This document shows positions 19,295 through 31,618 of a DNA stretch of 64,000 bases, piece by piece. This DNA is from Candidatus Methylomirabilota bacterium (GTDB lineage Bacteria; Methylomirabilota; Methylomirabilia; Rokubacteriales; CSP1-6). A program made the position numbers and the translations under genes. The first letter of the stretch is position 1, and each line of letters opens with the position of its first letter. The stretch covers positions 1 through 64,000 of the forward strand of contig JBKPAK010000156.1 in the NCBI GenBank assembly GCA_046726415.1, given 5' to 3'. The notes beneath the pieces were generated by a model. That model ran no database searches. It saw only the letters and a list, made by a program, of their open reading frames with translations, and was not told the origin of the DNA.

Positions 19295-19839
19295 CAAGGT
19301 CGCTTTACCACCTCGCGCAATCGGTCCAGTCCCATGCGAATCCGCGTCTTCACGGTGCCCAGCGGCTGGTTCGTGCGCTGGGCGATCTCCGACTGGGTCA
19401 ATCCGCCGTAGTAGGCCAGTTCGATGACCTCCCGCTGGATGTCCGACAGCTGGGCCAGCGCCGACTGCACCACCCCTCGGCTCTCCGCGGACTCCGCGGG
19501 ATCCGAAGGCGACTCCGTTCCCGCCATCACCGCCTCGTCCACGGGCGCCACGAAAACCTCATGCCTTCTACGTAGCGAACGGATCCGGTCGATGGCCCGC
19601 GCCCGCGCGCGCATCGCCACCCAGGCTTCCGGCGTTCCCCGCTCGGGATCGTAGGCTGCGGCCGCCTCCCAGGCCTCCCAGAACACGTCCTGGAGAACCT
19701 CGCTGCCATCCGTTCGGTCGCGCACGATGCGGAGGATCAACGAGTACGCGAGCGGAGCGTACCGGTCGTAGAACTGCGCGAAGGCGTCGGCATCCCCGCG
19801 CGCCATGCCCGCGATAAGCTCCTGGCCGGCCGGCGTCAT
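19294..19839 (-). CDS. ECF sigma factor (SigK-like)
   Basis: YDRYA..LQDVFWEAW..GLTQSEIA..PLGTVKTRIR. Adjacent to the RskA-like gene. Confidence 0.92.
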   Translation of the reverse strand: MTPAGQELIAGMARGDADAFAQFYDRYAPLAYSLILRIVRDRTDGSEVLQDVFWEAWEAAAAYDPERGTPEAWVAMRARARAIDRIRSLRRRHEVFVAPVDEAVMAGTESPSDPAESAESRGVVQSALAQLSDIQREVIELAYYGGLTQSEIAQRTNQPLGTVKTRIRMGLDRLREVVKRP

Positions 19840-20044
19840 CCCGCCCCTTTGACTACCAGACCCGGCCACGCCGTGACAAGCGACGCCAGGCGCTCCGCCG
19901 TGAATCCGTTCGACATTCGATCTTCGTATTCTCGGCAGGAACGGCGACATCTCAATCCTTCTACGGAAGCGGGACATGAAACGGTTTCCGGACATCGCCG
20001 CTCGGCCCCGGACGCGCGCGCCGCCCCTGCGATACCATGCGGGC

Positions 20045-20548
20045 GTGAATCACTCCGCAGCGTCCTGGATCGCCCACCTCGGTCTCGCACCGCATCCCGA
20101 AGGCGGCCACTTCCGGGAGACCTACCGCGCGGCCGAGGGTACCGACGGCGCCCACCTGCCGGCCCGCTACGGCGGGGCGCGGCCTCACGGCACGGCGATC
20201 TACTTCCTACTGCGAGCCGGAGAAATCTCGGCCCTGCACCGGATCAAGTCCGACGAGATCTGGCATTTCTATGCGGGAGGCCCCCTGGTCGTTTCGGTAA
20301 TCCATCCGGACGGGGAGCATCGAGACGTCGCGCTGGGCGCCGACCCCAACCACGGCCACGTCCCCCAGGCCGTGGTACCGGCCGGAAGTTGGTTCGGCGC
20401 CACCCTCCGTCCCGGTGCCGTGTATGCGCTCGTCGGCTGCACCGTCGCACCTGGGTTCGACTTCGCCGACTTCGCGCTAGCGGACCGCCGCGCCCTCGTG
20501 GAGCGCTACCCGCAGCACGCGGCGCTCATCGAGCGACTCACGCGCTGA
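20045..20548 (+). CDS. Cupin (DUF985/Cupin_5)
   Basis: LAPHPEGGHFRE, TAIYFLL, HRIKSDEIWHFY and CTVAPGFDF motifs. Confidence 0.9.
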   Translation: MNHSAASWIAHLGLAPHPEGGHFRETYRAAEGTDGAHLPARYGGARPHGTAIYFLLRAGEISALHRIKSDEIWHFYAGGPLVVSVIHPDGEHRDVALGADPNHGHVPQAVVPAGSWFGATLRPGAVYALVGCTVAPGFDFADFALADRRALVERYPQHAALIERLTR

Positions 20549-20847
20549 CGAATTCTTCGCGGGATTCCGGGGCCGCGACCCCCGAGGAGGTCATCGACGC
20601 GCTGCCGGAGGGCGGCGTGGTTCGCATCGCGTCCATCGTCCCCACCGGTGTGCCTCAGCCATCGTAGCGGCGCCCGCGCTCCAGGTAGCCGTCAGTGTCC
20701 ACGATGGCCTCGCGCGCCCCGAACGATGCGATGCGGTCTGCATCGGGCATCGGGCTTGCCTGGCGGAAGCGTCGATGCGGACCGCTCCTCGGGACCGGTA
20801 CAATGAGTCGGACCGACCCGCAGGATCTGCGCCGACGACAGGTCCCT

Positions 20848-23013
20848 ATGATTGCAGCCGTATTACGGTATTGCGCATCGCCATCGATCGCCCGCGGGCC
20901 CAGGCTGAGCCGACTCGCCATTGGGATGTTCGCGCTATGCGTGACGGCCGCTCTCGCGGGACCGGTCGACGCGCTGCCCGCTGCGCCCAAGGTGCGCGTA
21001 GAGCTGATCAGCGAAACGACCGGCATCGAGCCCGGCACCAGCTTCTGGGTCGGGCTGCGCCAGCGCATTGCGCCAGGATGGCACACCTACTGGAGCAATC
21101 CCGGGGACTCCGGGGAGCCCGCGACGATTGACTGGACGCTGCCGGCCGGGTTCGAAGCGGGAGATATCCTGTGGCCTCACCCCGAGCGCATCCCGGTGGG
21201 CCCGGTCATGAGCTTTGGCTACTCCGGTGAAGTCGTCCTTCTCACCCGCATCACCGCGCCAGCTGAGCTCGAGCCGGGCTCTCGCGTGACTCTGCAGGGC
21301 CAGGCGTCGTGGCTCGTGTGCGAGAAGATCTGCATCCCCGAGGAGGCACGCGTCGCGCTAGCACTCCCAGTGGTGGGCCAGAAGGCGGCACCGGACGTCC
21401 GGGGAGCCGCGATGATCGCGCGGGCGCGCCGCGCCGTGCCCATACCCAGCCCGTGGCCAACCACGTTCTCCGCGACACCGGAGAGCATCAGGCTCTCGGT
21501 GGCCGCGCGAGGTCTCGCCCCAGACCGGATCAGCGACGTGTGGTTCTACCCGGCGCAGTGGGGCGCGATCGAGCACGCCGCGCGACAACAGGCGCGGGTG
21601 GACGCCAATGGCCTCACCATCGATCTCGCGCGAGGCGCGCGGCCCGAGGCGACGACCGGGGCAATTGACGGTGTGCTCGTGATCACCGAGCGCCTCGAGG
21701 AACGTGCGGCGAGCCAGGCGTTCGCTGTGCGAGCCATGCCGCAAGGCGCCACTGTTGGGGGCGCGACAGACGGCGGGTCGCCCGTGACTACCCTTCAGGC
21801 CATCGCGCTGGCCCTCGTTGGTGGACTCTTGCTGAACTTGATGCCGTGCGTCTTCCCCGTGCTCTCAGTGAAGGCGCTCTCCCTGGTGGAGCACGCGAGT
21901 GCTCGTACGGCGAGGCTCCGATGGCATGGCGTCGCCTACACGCTGGGGGTGCTGGCCTCGTTCGCTGCCGTGGCCGGCGCGCTCCTGGCGCTGCGCGCAG
22001 GCGGCGAACAGATCGGCTGGGGTTTCCAACTCCAGTCCCCGCTCTTCGTGACCGTGCTGGCCTACGTGCTCTTCGCGCTTGCCCTGAGCCTCTCGGGCGT
22101 CGTGCTCATCGGCGGGAGGCTGGCCGGCACGGGTCACGCGCTGGCCAGCCGTCCCGGGTACACTGGCTCGCTCTTCACTGGGGCACTGGCGGCGGTTGCC
22201 GCGACGCCTTGCACCGCGCCGTTCATGGGTGTCGCAACCGGCTTCGCGGTGACCCAGCCATGGACCACGGCGCTCCTCGTCTTCGAGGCGCTCGGTTTTG
22301 GCCTTGCGCTGCCCTACCTTGCGCTGACCATGGTGCCGGCCTGGCGTCGGTTGCTGCCGCGGCCGGGCCCGTGGATGGTGCGTCTCGAGCAATTCCTGGC
22401 CTTCCCGCTGTACGGCTCGGTGGCGTGGCTCGTTTGGGTGGTGAGTCAGCAGGCGGGGTCGCCGGGGGTCGCCGCCGTGCTTGCCGGACTTGTCCTGATC
22501 GGCTTCGCGGCGTGGCTTTACGAGGCCGCGCGTGGCGCCGGCCGATCGTGGCGACGGGTCGCGACGGCCGCCGCCGGACTCGCGGCGGTGGGCGCCATGG
22601 CGCTGGCTTCCCTCATCGGTGGCATGCCGTCATGGGAGCGGGCGACCGCCTCGGCCACCGGCGGGGCATCGTCCGAGCCGTTCAGCACGCGACGCCTTGC
22701 CGAGCTGCGTGCCCAGAGGATACCGGTGTTCGTGAACTTCACGGCGGCCTGGTGCATTACGTGCCTGGTGAACGAACGCGTCGCGCTTCGCTCGACCGCC
22801 GTCGCCGAGGCCTTCGCCCGCAAGCGCGTGGTGTACCTCAAGGCCGACTGGACCAACCGCGATCCGCAAATCGCCGCCCTTCTCGCGTCCTTTGGGCGGA
22901 ACGGCGTGCCTCTGTACCTCTTGTATTCACCGGCCGCGGCCGAAGGGGAGCCCGTCATGCTCCCACAGATCCTCACCGAGGGAACGATCATCGAAGCCAT
23001 CGAGAAGCTCTGA
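20848..23013 (+). CDS. dsbD: Protein-disulfide reductase DsbD family
   Basis: GWHTYWSNPGDSG, CEKIC, NLMPCVFP, ATPCTAP and WCITC motifs. Start uncertain. Confidence 0.9.
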   Translation: MIAAVLRYCASPSIARGPRLSRLAIGMFALCVTAALAGPVDALPAAPKVRVELISETTGIEPGTSFWVGLRQRIAPGWHTYWSNPGDSGEPATIDWTLPAGFEAGDILWPHPERIPVGPVMSFGYSGEVVLLTRITAPAELEPGSRVTLQGQASWLVCEKICIPEEARVALALPVVGQKAAPDVRGAAMIARARRAVPIPSPWPTTFSATPESIRLSVAARGLAPDRISDVWFYPAQWGAIEHAARQQARVDANGLTIDLARGARPEATTGAIDGVLVITERLEERAASQAFAVRAMPQGATVGGATDGGSPVTTLQAIALALVGGLLLNLMPCVFPVLSVKALSLVEHASARTARLRWHGVAYTLGVLASFAAVAGALLALRAGGEQIGWGFQLQSPLFVTVLAYVLFALALSLSGVVLIGGRLAGTGHALASRPGYTGSLFTGALAAVAATPCTAPFMGVATGFAVTQPWTTALLVFEALGFGLALPYLALTMVPAWRRLLPRPGPWMVRLEQFLAFPLYGSVAWLVWVVSQQAGSPGVAAVLAGLVLIGFAAWLYEAARGAGRSWRRVATAAAGLAAVGAMALASLIGGMPSWERATASATGGASSEPFSTRRLAELRAQRIPVFVNFTAAWCITCLVNERVALRSTAVAEAFARKRVVYLKADWTNRDPQIAALLASFGRNGVPLYLLYSPAAAEGEPVMLPQILTEGTIIEAIEKL

Positions 23014-23038
23014 TCTCGCCGAGACAAGGAGGAGACTC

Positions 23039-23680
23039 ATGTCGCACGAGCACCTGACCCGTCGCGCGTTCCTCGCCAGCACCGGTCTCGTCACGATTGC
23101 CTCCGGCAGCATCGCGCTCCCGCGCGCGGCGCGCGCGGCGGCCAAGGTGGGCGAGGCGGCCCCCGCCTTCACCACCACGTCGAGCACCGGGCCCAATGTG
23201 AGCCTGGTCGACTACCGCGGCAAGATCGTCGTCCTCGAGTGGACGAATCACGAGTGTCCCTACGTGCGCAAGCACTACGAGTCCGGCAATATGCAGGCCC
23301 TCCAGAAGGAGGCGACGGGGGAGGGCGTGATCTGGCTCACGGTGATCTCCTCGGCTCCCGGCGAGCAGGGTCACGTGAGCCCATCGCAGGCGAACGAGCT
23401 CACCAGCAGCCGCAAGGCGGCGCCCACGGCCGTGCTGCTCGATCCCAAGGGCGCCGTGGGGAAGATGTATGGCGCCACCAACACGCCGCACATGTACGTC
23501 GTCGACAAAGGCGGCGCGCTCGTCTACGCGGGCGCTATCGACGACAAGCCGACCAGCCGCAAGAGTGATGTTCAGGGCGCGCACAACTACGTACGGGCGG
23601 CGCTCCAGGCCGTGGCCGCGGGCCAGCCGGTGAAGACGCCGGTGACTCGGGCGTACGGCTGCACCGTGAAGTATGCCTAG
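23039..23680 (+). CDS. Tat-exported redoxin (AhpC/TSA-like thioredoxin fold)
   Basis: TRRAFL signal, LEWTNHECPYV, YAGAIDD and YGCTVKY motifs. Confidence 0.88.
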   Translation: MSHEHLTRRAFLASTGLVTIASGSIALPRAARAAAKVGEAAPAFTTTSSTGPNVSLVDYRGKIVVLEWTNHECPYVRKHYESGNMQALQKEATGEGVIWLTVISSAPGEQGHVSPSQANELTSSRKAAPTAVLLDPKGAVGKMYGATNTPHMYVVDKGGALVYAGAIDDKPTSRKSDVQGAHNYVRAALQAVAAGQPVKTPVTRAYGCTVKYA

Positions 23681-24740
23681 CCACGGGCATGGCGGCGGTA
23701 CTCGCCGCCGATTCGTTCAGGGAATGGCCGCGGCGGCAGTTCTCGCCGCGCGGCCCTGTCCCGTCCTCGCGCAGACGACGGACATTGCCCGGTCCGCGAT
23801 GGCCAGTGCGGCCACGGCCTTCCTGGCCACGCTGTCGGCCGATGACCGCCGGCGCGCGGTCTTCGCGTTCGATCACCGCGAGCGCTTCAACTGGCATTAC
23901 GTGCCCCGGGGGCGCGAGGGCATGCCCTTCAAGGACATGTCGGTGTCCGGGCGAGCGGCCGCGCACGAACTCATGAGGGCCAGCCTGTCCGCCGTGGGTT
24001 ACCGCAAGGCAGTGAATGTCGTCCGTCTCGAGGACGTGCTGAAGCGGATCGAGACGTTCGGTCCGATGTGGCGGGACCCCGACAAGTACTACGTGAGCGT
24101 GTTCGGCACTCCCGGTCCCACCGCGCCCTGGGGATGGCGCCTCGAGGGGCACCACCTCTCGCTGAACTTTACGGTGGTGCCCGGGAAGCGCATCGCGGTG
24201 ACTCCGGCGTTCCTGGGCGCGAATCCCGCCGAAGTGCCGGCGGGCCCTCTCAAGGGCCTTCGCACATTGGCCCGGGAGCAGGACCTGGGCCGGGCGCTCG
24301 CCCAGAGCCTCGATGCCGCTCAGCAGCAGCGGATGCTGATCGGCGAGCGCTCCCTCGGCGACATCGTGAGCGGGCCGGGGCGCAGCGAAAGCCTCACCGC
24401 GCCGCAGGGGCTACCGCTCGGCGACATGACGGGCGACCAGCGCAAACTGGCCATCGACCTGGTAGAGGAGTACGCGCACACCATGCGCAGCGAGCTGGCC
24501 GACGAGGAGCTTCGGCGCGTGCGCGACGCCGGCATCGAGAGGGTACACTTTGCCTGGGCTGGACCGCTGGCCACCGGAGCGGGTCACTACTACCGCCTGC
24601 ACGGGCCCACGCTTCTCATCGAGTACGATAACACCCAGAACGACGCCAACCACATCCACACGGTTTGGCACGATCCGCGGAGCAACTTCGGAACCGACCT
24701 TCTCCGCGCGCACTACGAGCGCGGCCACCGCCACGCTTAA
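23673..24740 (+). CDS. DUF3500-family Tat-exported protein
   Basis: TRRRFV signal, WGWRLEGHHLSLN and IEYDNTQNDANHIH motifs. Confidence 0.85.
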   Translation: MPSHGHGGGTRRRFVQGMAAAAVLAARPCPVLAQTTDIARSAMASAATAFLATLSADDRRRAVFAFDHRERFNWHYVPRGREGMPFKDMSVSGRAAAHELMRASLSAVGYRKAVNVVRLEDVLKRIETFGPMWRDPDKYYVSVFGTPGPTAPWGWRLEGHHLSLNFTVVPGKRIAVTPAFLGANPAEVPAGPLKGLRTLAREQDLGRALAQSLDAAQQQRMLIGERSLGDIVSGPGRSESLTAPQGLPLGDMTGDQRKLAIDLVEEYAHTMRSELADEELRRVRDAGIERVHFAWAGPLATGAGHYYRLHGPTLLIEYDNTQNDANHIHTVWHDPRSNFGTDLLRAHYERGHRHA

Positions 24741-24771
24741 CGGCCCGCTCGATCCGTCGCCGACCTGTCGC

Positions 24772-25818
24772 TCACCTGAATGCAGGGATCACTTCGTGGG
24801 CGAGGATCTGGAAGCTTCGCGTCTCGAGCGCCGGCGGGATCAGGCCGCCGGGATTCAGCTCAGCCACGATACCGTCCAGCCCGAGCTCGTCGCGGAGGCG
24901 CCGCAGTCGATCGATCACGCCGGCGGCGGTGCCGAACGCCACCTTCCTGGCGAGGATGTCGTCGTACGAGAGCTCGGCCATGCGTTCGACCTCTGCTCGG
25001 CGCCGCTCGGTGGGGCCGGCGCCGGCACGACCGACCGCTGACCTCGCCAGCTCGGTCTGACGGCCGAAGAAGGCGGTGAGGCTCTTGCGCGGCTCCTCCA
25101 CGGCGCCCTGCTCGGTGGTCGAGGCGTAGACCGGGATGCGCAGATAGACGCTCGGATCGCCCAGATGGCCAGCGTCGCGCCAGGCCTCCCGGTAGCGAGA
25201 GAGGTAGCGCTGCAGGTCGGCAATTTCCTCGCGGCGGAGCCCGATGAAGATGGGCAGACCCATCCGGCCGGCCGCCGGGAACGTCTCCTCGCTGGTGGCG
25301 GCCATGCGGATGGGCGGATGCGGGATCTGGTACGGACGGGGCGTCACCGTCGCCTCGCGAAACCGATAGAAGTCGCCCTCGTAGCTGAACGGCTCTCCCC
25401 GCCAGGCCTGCTTCATAATCTCGAGGGCCTCGCGAAAGCGCGCCTGGCTCTCGCCGTACGGAATCCCGTAGGTGTCATAGGAGCGCACGACCCCGCTGCG
25501 GCCGATCCCGAACTCGAAGCGGCCCTCGCTGATGTGATCCACGGTCGCCACTTCCTCGGCGATGCGCAGGGGATGATTCAGAGGAAGAACCTGGACGGCC
25601 GTCCCTACCCGCAGCCGCCGGGTGCGGGTGGCGATCGAGCTGGCGACCTGGAGTGAGGCCGAGATCACGGACCGGGTCGGCGTGAAGTGGATCTCGCCGA
25701 GCCATACGCAGTCGGCATCCCAGGCCTCGGCCCGGTCCGCCAGCTCAAAGGCGTCCCGGAAGGCCGCGGCCTGGCTCGCTCCCTGACGCATTTCCTCGAT
25801 GAAGATGCCGAAGTGCAT
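24772..25818 (-). CDS. LLM-class flavin-dependent oxidoreductase
   Basis: VWLGEIHF and HPLRIAEEVATVDHISEGRFEFGIGR motifs. Confidence 0.92.
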   Translation of the reverse strand: MHFGIFIEEMRQGASQAAAFRDAFELADRAEAWDADCVWLGEIHFTPTRSVISASLQVASSIATRTRRLRVGTAVQVLPLNHPLRIAEEVATVDHISEGRFEFGIGRSGVVRSYDTYGIPYGESQARFREALEIMKQAWRGEPFSYEGDFYRFREATVTPRPYQIPHPPIRMAATSEETFPAAGRMGLPIFIGLRREEIADLQRYLSRYREAWRDAGHLGDPSVYLRIPVYASTTEQGAVEEPRKSLTAFFGRQTELARSAVGRAGAGPTERRRAEVERMAELSYDDILARKVAFGTAAGVIDRLRRLRDELGLDGIVAELNPGGLIPPALETRSFQILAHEVIPAFR

Positions 25819-25927
25819 GACGTCTGCCTCCTTGCCCAACCGTTCTCGCCTGCTCGTCCTCACCTTGCCGAGCGCCCCGGTGAGCGCTACTCTCCCCCGT
25901 CCGAGATCTTCGCCGAACGGAGGCCCC

Positions 25928-26839
25928 ATGCTGACTCGCATCGACCACGTGATGATCTGTGTCCCCGATCTGCAGCAGGGTATCGATGCCTACACCCGCA
26001 TGGGATTCAACATCTACCCCGGCGGCGTCCATCCTGGCAAGGGCACGCACAATGCCATCGCCTTCCACCAGGAGGACTATCTGGAGCTGCTCAGCGTGCG
26101 CGATCGGGATGAGTACCTGCGCGCCGCCGGCGCTTCCGGCGGTCAGGGCGGCGGGTTGCTTCGATTTCTGGCCGAGGGTGGAGGCTTCCGCTACATCACC
26201 GTGCAGAGCGATGACCTGACCGCGGACGTGGCGGCGATGCGCCGGCGCGGCGTCGAGGTGAGCGACGCGCGCGAGGGCAGTCGCCGAGCGCCGAACGGTC
26301 AGGAGCTGCGGTGGAAGATGGCGCTCCTCGGCCCGCGCACCCCGCTGCCCGTCCTCTTTGTGCAGCATCTGACTCCGCTGGACGAGCGACGCCGGCAAGT
26401 GCCCCGGGCGGGCGACCATCCGAACGGCGTGCTGAGGCTGGATCGCGTGTACATCGCGGTTGCCGACGTCGCCATGGCGGCCGAAATCTATAGCCGGGTG
26501 CTCGGAGTGGCCGTCCCCGCCCTCCAGCGCGGCACGGTGATCAAGGCCGACATGGCGGTCTTCGGCCTGGGGCCAACCGGCCTGACGGTGGCGCAACCCG
26601 CCGAGGCCGGTCCTGCGGATGAGGCGCTCGCTCGGCGGGGACCGGGGCCGTTCCAGGTTCTGTACCGCACGCGCAGCCTGGAGGCGGCAGCCCGGTGGAT
26701 GGCCGATCATGGCATGCCACCGCCTGCTCGCGGCATGCGCAACACCGGCGAGCAGGCCATGCTCGTCGGACCGGAGCACGCCGGCGGAGCCTACATCGGA
26801 TTCGTGGGGCCGACGTCGAAATCCACGCTGGCGACGTAG
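25928..26839 (+). CDS. VOC/glyoxalase-like protein (two domains)
   Basis: RIDHVMI..GGVHPGKGTHNA..YLELL. GGAGG RBS. Confidence 0.88.
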   Translation: MLTRIDHVMICVPDLQQGIDAYTRMGFNIYPGGVHPGKGTHNAIAFHQEDYLELLSVRDRDEYLRAAGASGGQGGGLLRFLAEGGGFRYITVQSDDLTADVAAMRRRGVEVSDAREGSRRAPNGQELRWKMALLGPRTPLPVLFVQHLTPLDERRRQVPRAGDHPNGVLRLDRVYIAVADVAMAAEIYSRVLGVAVPALQRGTVIKADMAVFGLGPTGLTVAQPAEAGPADEALARRGPGPFQVLYRTRSLEAAARWMADHGMPPPARGMRNTGEQAMLVGPEHAGGAYIGFVGPTSKSTLAT

Positions 26840-26887
26840 CTCGGCCAAAGCCGGTATCTCCCGAGTCGCCGAGACGGGTTCTCGACC

Positions 26888-27085
26888 TCACGCCGGCGGC
26901 GAGTATGGCGAGGCTGAGCGCGACGTCACCCGCACGTCGGCCAGCACGTCGAGGATGCCGTCGGCCAGGCGCACGAATGTCCGGCCACAGGGACACGGCC
27001 GGTCGTCGAGCCGCACGCGGTCCGGATCGAAAGAACACGCGGTCGGCCGCACCGACACCCGCGCCGCGGAGCGCGAATCCGGCAC
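26888..27085 (-). pseudogene. Possible fragment of a phenylacetate-CoA-ligase-like gene
   Basis: DRVRLDDRPCPCGRTFVRLADGIL resembles the PaaK-family CxCGRT..GILGR segment. The rest of the gene is absent. Confidence 0.4.
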
Positions 27086-27125
27086 GAGGGACTGACCCTC
27101 GGCGGGGTCAAGTCGCTCACCGTGC

Positions 27126-28676
27126 TCAGGCGCGCAGTTTGAAGCGCTGGATCTTGCCGGTGGCCGTCTTGGGCAGGTCGCTGACGAATTCGATCCAGCG
27201 CGGATACTTGTAGGGAGCGATCTTGTCCTTCACAAAGGTCTTCAGCTCCTCGGCCAGGCCCGCCGGGTCGCCGACCGGCTCCTTTAGGACGACAAAGGCC
27301 TTGGGTTTGACGAGGCGGTCGCTATCTTCCTGGCCGACCACGGCTGCCTCCAGGACCGCCGAGTGCTTCACGAGGGTGGCCTCTACCTCGACCGGAGAAA
27401 CCCAGATCCCGCCGACCTTCAGCATGTCGTCGGCCCGCCCGCAGTACCAGAAGTAACCGTCGGCGTCCTGATAGTACTTGTCGCCCGTCTGGATCCACGG
27501 GCCGTAGAGCGTCTCCTTGGTTTTCTCGTGCTTGTTCCAGTAGTAGGCCATCGTGGAGTCGCCCTTCACCCGGAGATTGCCGATCTCCCCCAGCGCAACT
27601 GGACGCCCCTCGTCATCCACGATGATGGCCTCGTAGCCCGGCACGGGAAGCCCGGTCGAGCCGGGGCGCGCGGCGCCGGGACGGTTCGACAGGAAGATGT
27701 GCAAGATCTCCGTGGTGCCGATGCCGTCCACGATCTCCACGCCGAAGCGCTCGCGCCATCGCGTGTAGATCTCCTCGGGCAACGCCTCCCCGGCCGAGAT
27801 GCACAGGCGCAGCGACGAGAGATCGAAGCGCCTCTCCGCTTCCTTCACCGCCAGCATGCCGGCGTAGAGGGTCGGCACCCCGAAGAAGAGGGTGGGGCAA
27901 TGGCGCGTGAGAATTTCGAAGACACCCTCCGGCGTGGGGCGGTGGGGAGACAGCACGCTCTGGGCGCCGACACCCATCGGGAAGTAGCCGGCGTTGCCGA
28001 GACCGTAGGCGAAGAAGAGCTTGGCGGCCGAGTAGACGCGGTCGGTGGGGCGGATGCCGAGCACCTGCTTCGCGTATGTCTCCTGGCAGATCACCATGTC
28101 GTGGTGAAGGTGGACGGCGCCCTTGGGAAAGCCCGTGGAACCCGAGGAATAGAGCCAGAAGGCGGGATCGTCGCGGGAGGTCGGGGCCGCCTCGAGACGG
28201 CTCGAGGCCTTGGCCAGTTCGTCCTCCCAGCAGAGATGGCGATGGTCCGTACCGCCGGCCACCAGCACGTGCTTCAGGAACGTGGCTTGGCCGAGCACGG
28301 GGCTGACCTGCGCCAGGAGCGGAGCCGAGATGACGGCCACGCGGGCGCGGCTGTCGTTGAGGAAGTAGAGATAGTCCGCACCGCGCATGAGCGTGTTGAC
28401 GGGAATCGGAACGGCGCCGAGCTTGACCGCGCCCCAGAACGCGGCGAGGAACTCCGGCGCGTCGAGGCAGATCATGAGGACCCGGTCTTCCATCTCGACC
28501 CCGAGATTCCTGAAGACGTTGCCGCCGCGATTGGCCAGATCGGCAACCTCTCCGTAGGTCAGGGTGCGGTCCTCGCAGAAGAACGCTGGAGCGCCGGCGC
28601 GCCCCTCCTCGAGGTGGCGGTCGACGAAATATGTGGCGACGTTGAACTGCGCGGGGAGACGCTGCGCTGCGTTCAT
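27126..28676 (-). CDS. Benzoate-CoA ligase
   Basis: FWLYSSGSTGFPKG, AKLFFAYGLGN, DGIGTTE and PKTATGKIQRF motifs. Lies in the box operon. Confidence 0.92.
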   Translation of the reverse strand: MNAAQRLPAQFNVATYFVDRHLEEGRAGAPAFFCEDRTLTYGEVADLANRGGNVFRNLGVEMEDRVLMICLDAPEFLAAFWGAVKLGAVPIPVNTLMRGADYLYFLNDSRARVAVISAPLLAQVSPVLGQATFLKHVLVAGGTDHRHLCWEDELAKASSRLEAAPTSRDDPAFWLYSSGSTGFPKGAVHLHHDMVICQETYAKQVLGIRPTDRVYSAAKLFFAYGLGNAGYFPMGVGAQSVLSPHRPTPEGVFEILTRHCPTLFFGVPTLYAGMLAVKEAERRFDLSSLRLCISAGEALPEEIYTRWRERFGVEIVDGIGTTEILHIFLSNRPGAARPGSTGLPVPGYEAIIVDDEGRPVALGEIGNLRVKGDSTMAYYWNKHEKTKETLYGPWIQTGDKYYQDADGYFWYCGRADDMLKVGGIWVSPVEVEATLVKHSAVLEAAVVGQEDSDRLVKPKAFVVLKEPVGDPAGLAEELKTFVKDKIAPYKYPRWIEFVSDLPKTATGKIQRFKLRA

Positions 28677-28719
28677 GGCTCTTGGTCCTCCCGGCCGCGT
28701 TGACCGAGGCCGCGACGAG

Positions 28720-29223
28720 CTAGCGCCGCCGCGCGGCGGCGCTTCGCCTCGCCGACTTCTTCTTCGCCGCCGTCCGTCGCGTCGTCCGTCTTGCCGCGAC
28801 CCGGGGGCGGCTGGCCGCCGCCCGCCCGGCCTTGACCGCCATGGCTTCGATCTCGACCCGCAACTCCGGCCGAACCAGTCGGGTCACCACCAGCAGCGTG
28901 TTCGGGGGATAGGTTCCCTCGGCGAAATAGCGGGGAAAGACGTCCTGGCGCGCCCGCATGAAGCCCGGGATGTCGTCGGCGCTGGTGAGAAATGTCTGAA
29001 GCCGGATGACGTCGCGCATCGTGCAGCCGCCGGCCTCGATCACCGCCCGCACGTTGTCGAGGGCGGCCCTGGTCTGCGATTCGACGTCGGACCCGGCCAC
29101 CTCACCGCCGGTCATCCCCACCTGCCCGGCCACGACCAGGATTTCCCCGGCCGGCGCGCTCATTCCGTGTGAGTACATCCCAAGCGGTGGTCCGAGCATC
29201 TCAGGTGTGATGCTCTTCGGCAT
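28720..29223 (-). CDS. RidA/YjgF family protein with basic C-terminal tail
   Basis: YSHG..VAGQVG..PPNTLLVV..VEIEA, then an Arg/Lys/Ala-rich tail. Confidence 0.85.
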   Translation of the reverse strand: MPKSITPEMLGPPLGMYSHGMSAPAGEILVVAGQVGMTGGEVAGSDVESQTRAALDNVRAVIEAGGCTMRDVIRLQTFLTSADDIPGFMRARQDVFPRYFAEGTYPPNTLLVVTRLVRPELRVEIEAMAVKAGRAAASRPRVAARRTTRRTAAKKKSARRSAAARRR

Positions 29224-29282
29224 GATGCGGCCTCCCTTCATCGGATCGCCCGAATTGTAGCAATGCGGGACGCGCTCCGGGA

Positions 29283-30119
29283 TCAGGACGCAAGCCAGAT
29301 ACCGGCAAACACGACCACCGCCCCCACCATCTGCGTCGGGGCCAGCGACTCGCCCAGCAACAGCGCCGCGATGATCACCGCCGAGGCCGGCTCGAGATAC
29401 GCGTAGATCATCGTCCGCGTGGGCCCGAGCCGATGCACCGCGGCGCCCCACAGGGCCATGGCGACGGCCATGCCGAAGGTGGCGCCGTACGCGAGACCAG
29501 CCCAGGCCTCCCAGGGGACGGCTTCCAGGCGGAGCCGCGCGATTTGGGGCAGCGCGATCGGCACGATCAGGACCGACGCCATGGCCATGGTCATCGCCGT
29601 CGCCCGCACGCTTCCGAGCGTGGCCACGAGGGGGCCAACGGCCAGGCTGTACCACGCCCACGCCGCTGCCGCGCCCACCGCGAGCAGGTAGCCGGCCAGC
29701 GCGCCCGCCGCGACCGGAGCCCCCACCACGAGCGCCACGCCGAACAGGCCCAGCAGGAGGCCGGACCACTGGCGCGGTGCGAGGCGCTCGCGACGCACCA
29801 GCACCGACCACAGCGCGGTCATCAGGGGCGCAGTGGCCACCAGGATAGCCGTCTCGCCGGCGCCGGCGAGGGCGACGCCGGCCACGAGCAGCAGCTGAAA
29901 GGCCGTCTGGGCCAGCCCCGCCACCAGCACGTGACGCCGGTCGGCAGACGCCACCCGCCGGGCCAGGCCGCCCCCACCGACAACGAGCAGCAGAACCGCG
30001 GCCAGCACGACCCGCAGGCCGGTGAAGCTCAGGAACGGGATGTCGCGCAGAGCGACCTTGGCCGCCGGATAGATCCCGCCCCAGAGCACGACCGCGATCA
30101 GCGGTCGAGGATCGAGCAC
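29283..30119 (-). CDS. DMT/EamA transporter
   Basis: About 10 TM segments, LWGG and YLEP..LLGE motifs. Confidence 0.88.
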   Translation of the reverse strand: MLDPRPLIAVVLWGGIYPAAKVALRDIPFLSFTGLRVVLAAVLLLVVGGGGLARRVASADRRHVLVAGLAQTAFQLLLVAGVALAGAGETAILVATAPLMTALWSVLVRRERLAPRQWSGLLLGLFGVALVVGAPVAAGALAGYLLAVGAAAAWAWYSLAVGPLVATLGSVRATAMTMAMASVLIVPIALPQIARLRLEAVPWEAWAGLAYGATFGMAVAMALWGAAVHRLGPTRTMIYAYLEPASAVIIAALLLGESLAPTQMVGAVVVFAGIWLAS

Positions 30120-30199
30120 CCGTCAGCCTCGGTCCGCGCACCGAGCATCGCGCATTCGTCCCCTTGGACCAGCGCATCGAGATCGCCGTCCATGGAGGC

Positions 30200-31617
<1,418 letters not shown>

Positions 31618-31618
<1 letters not shown>
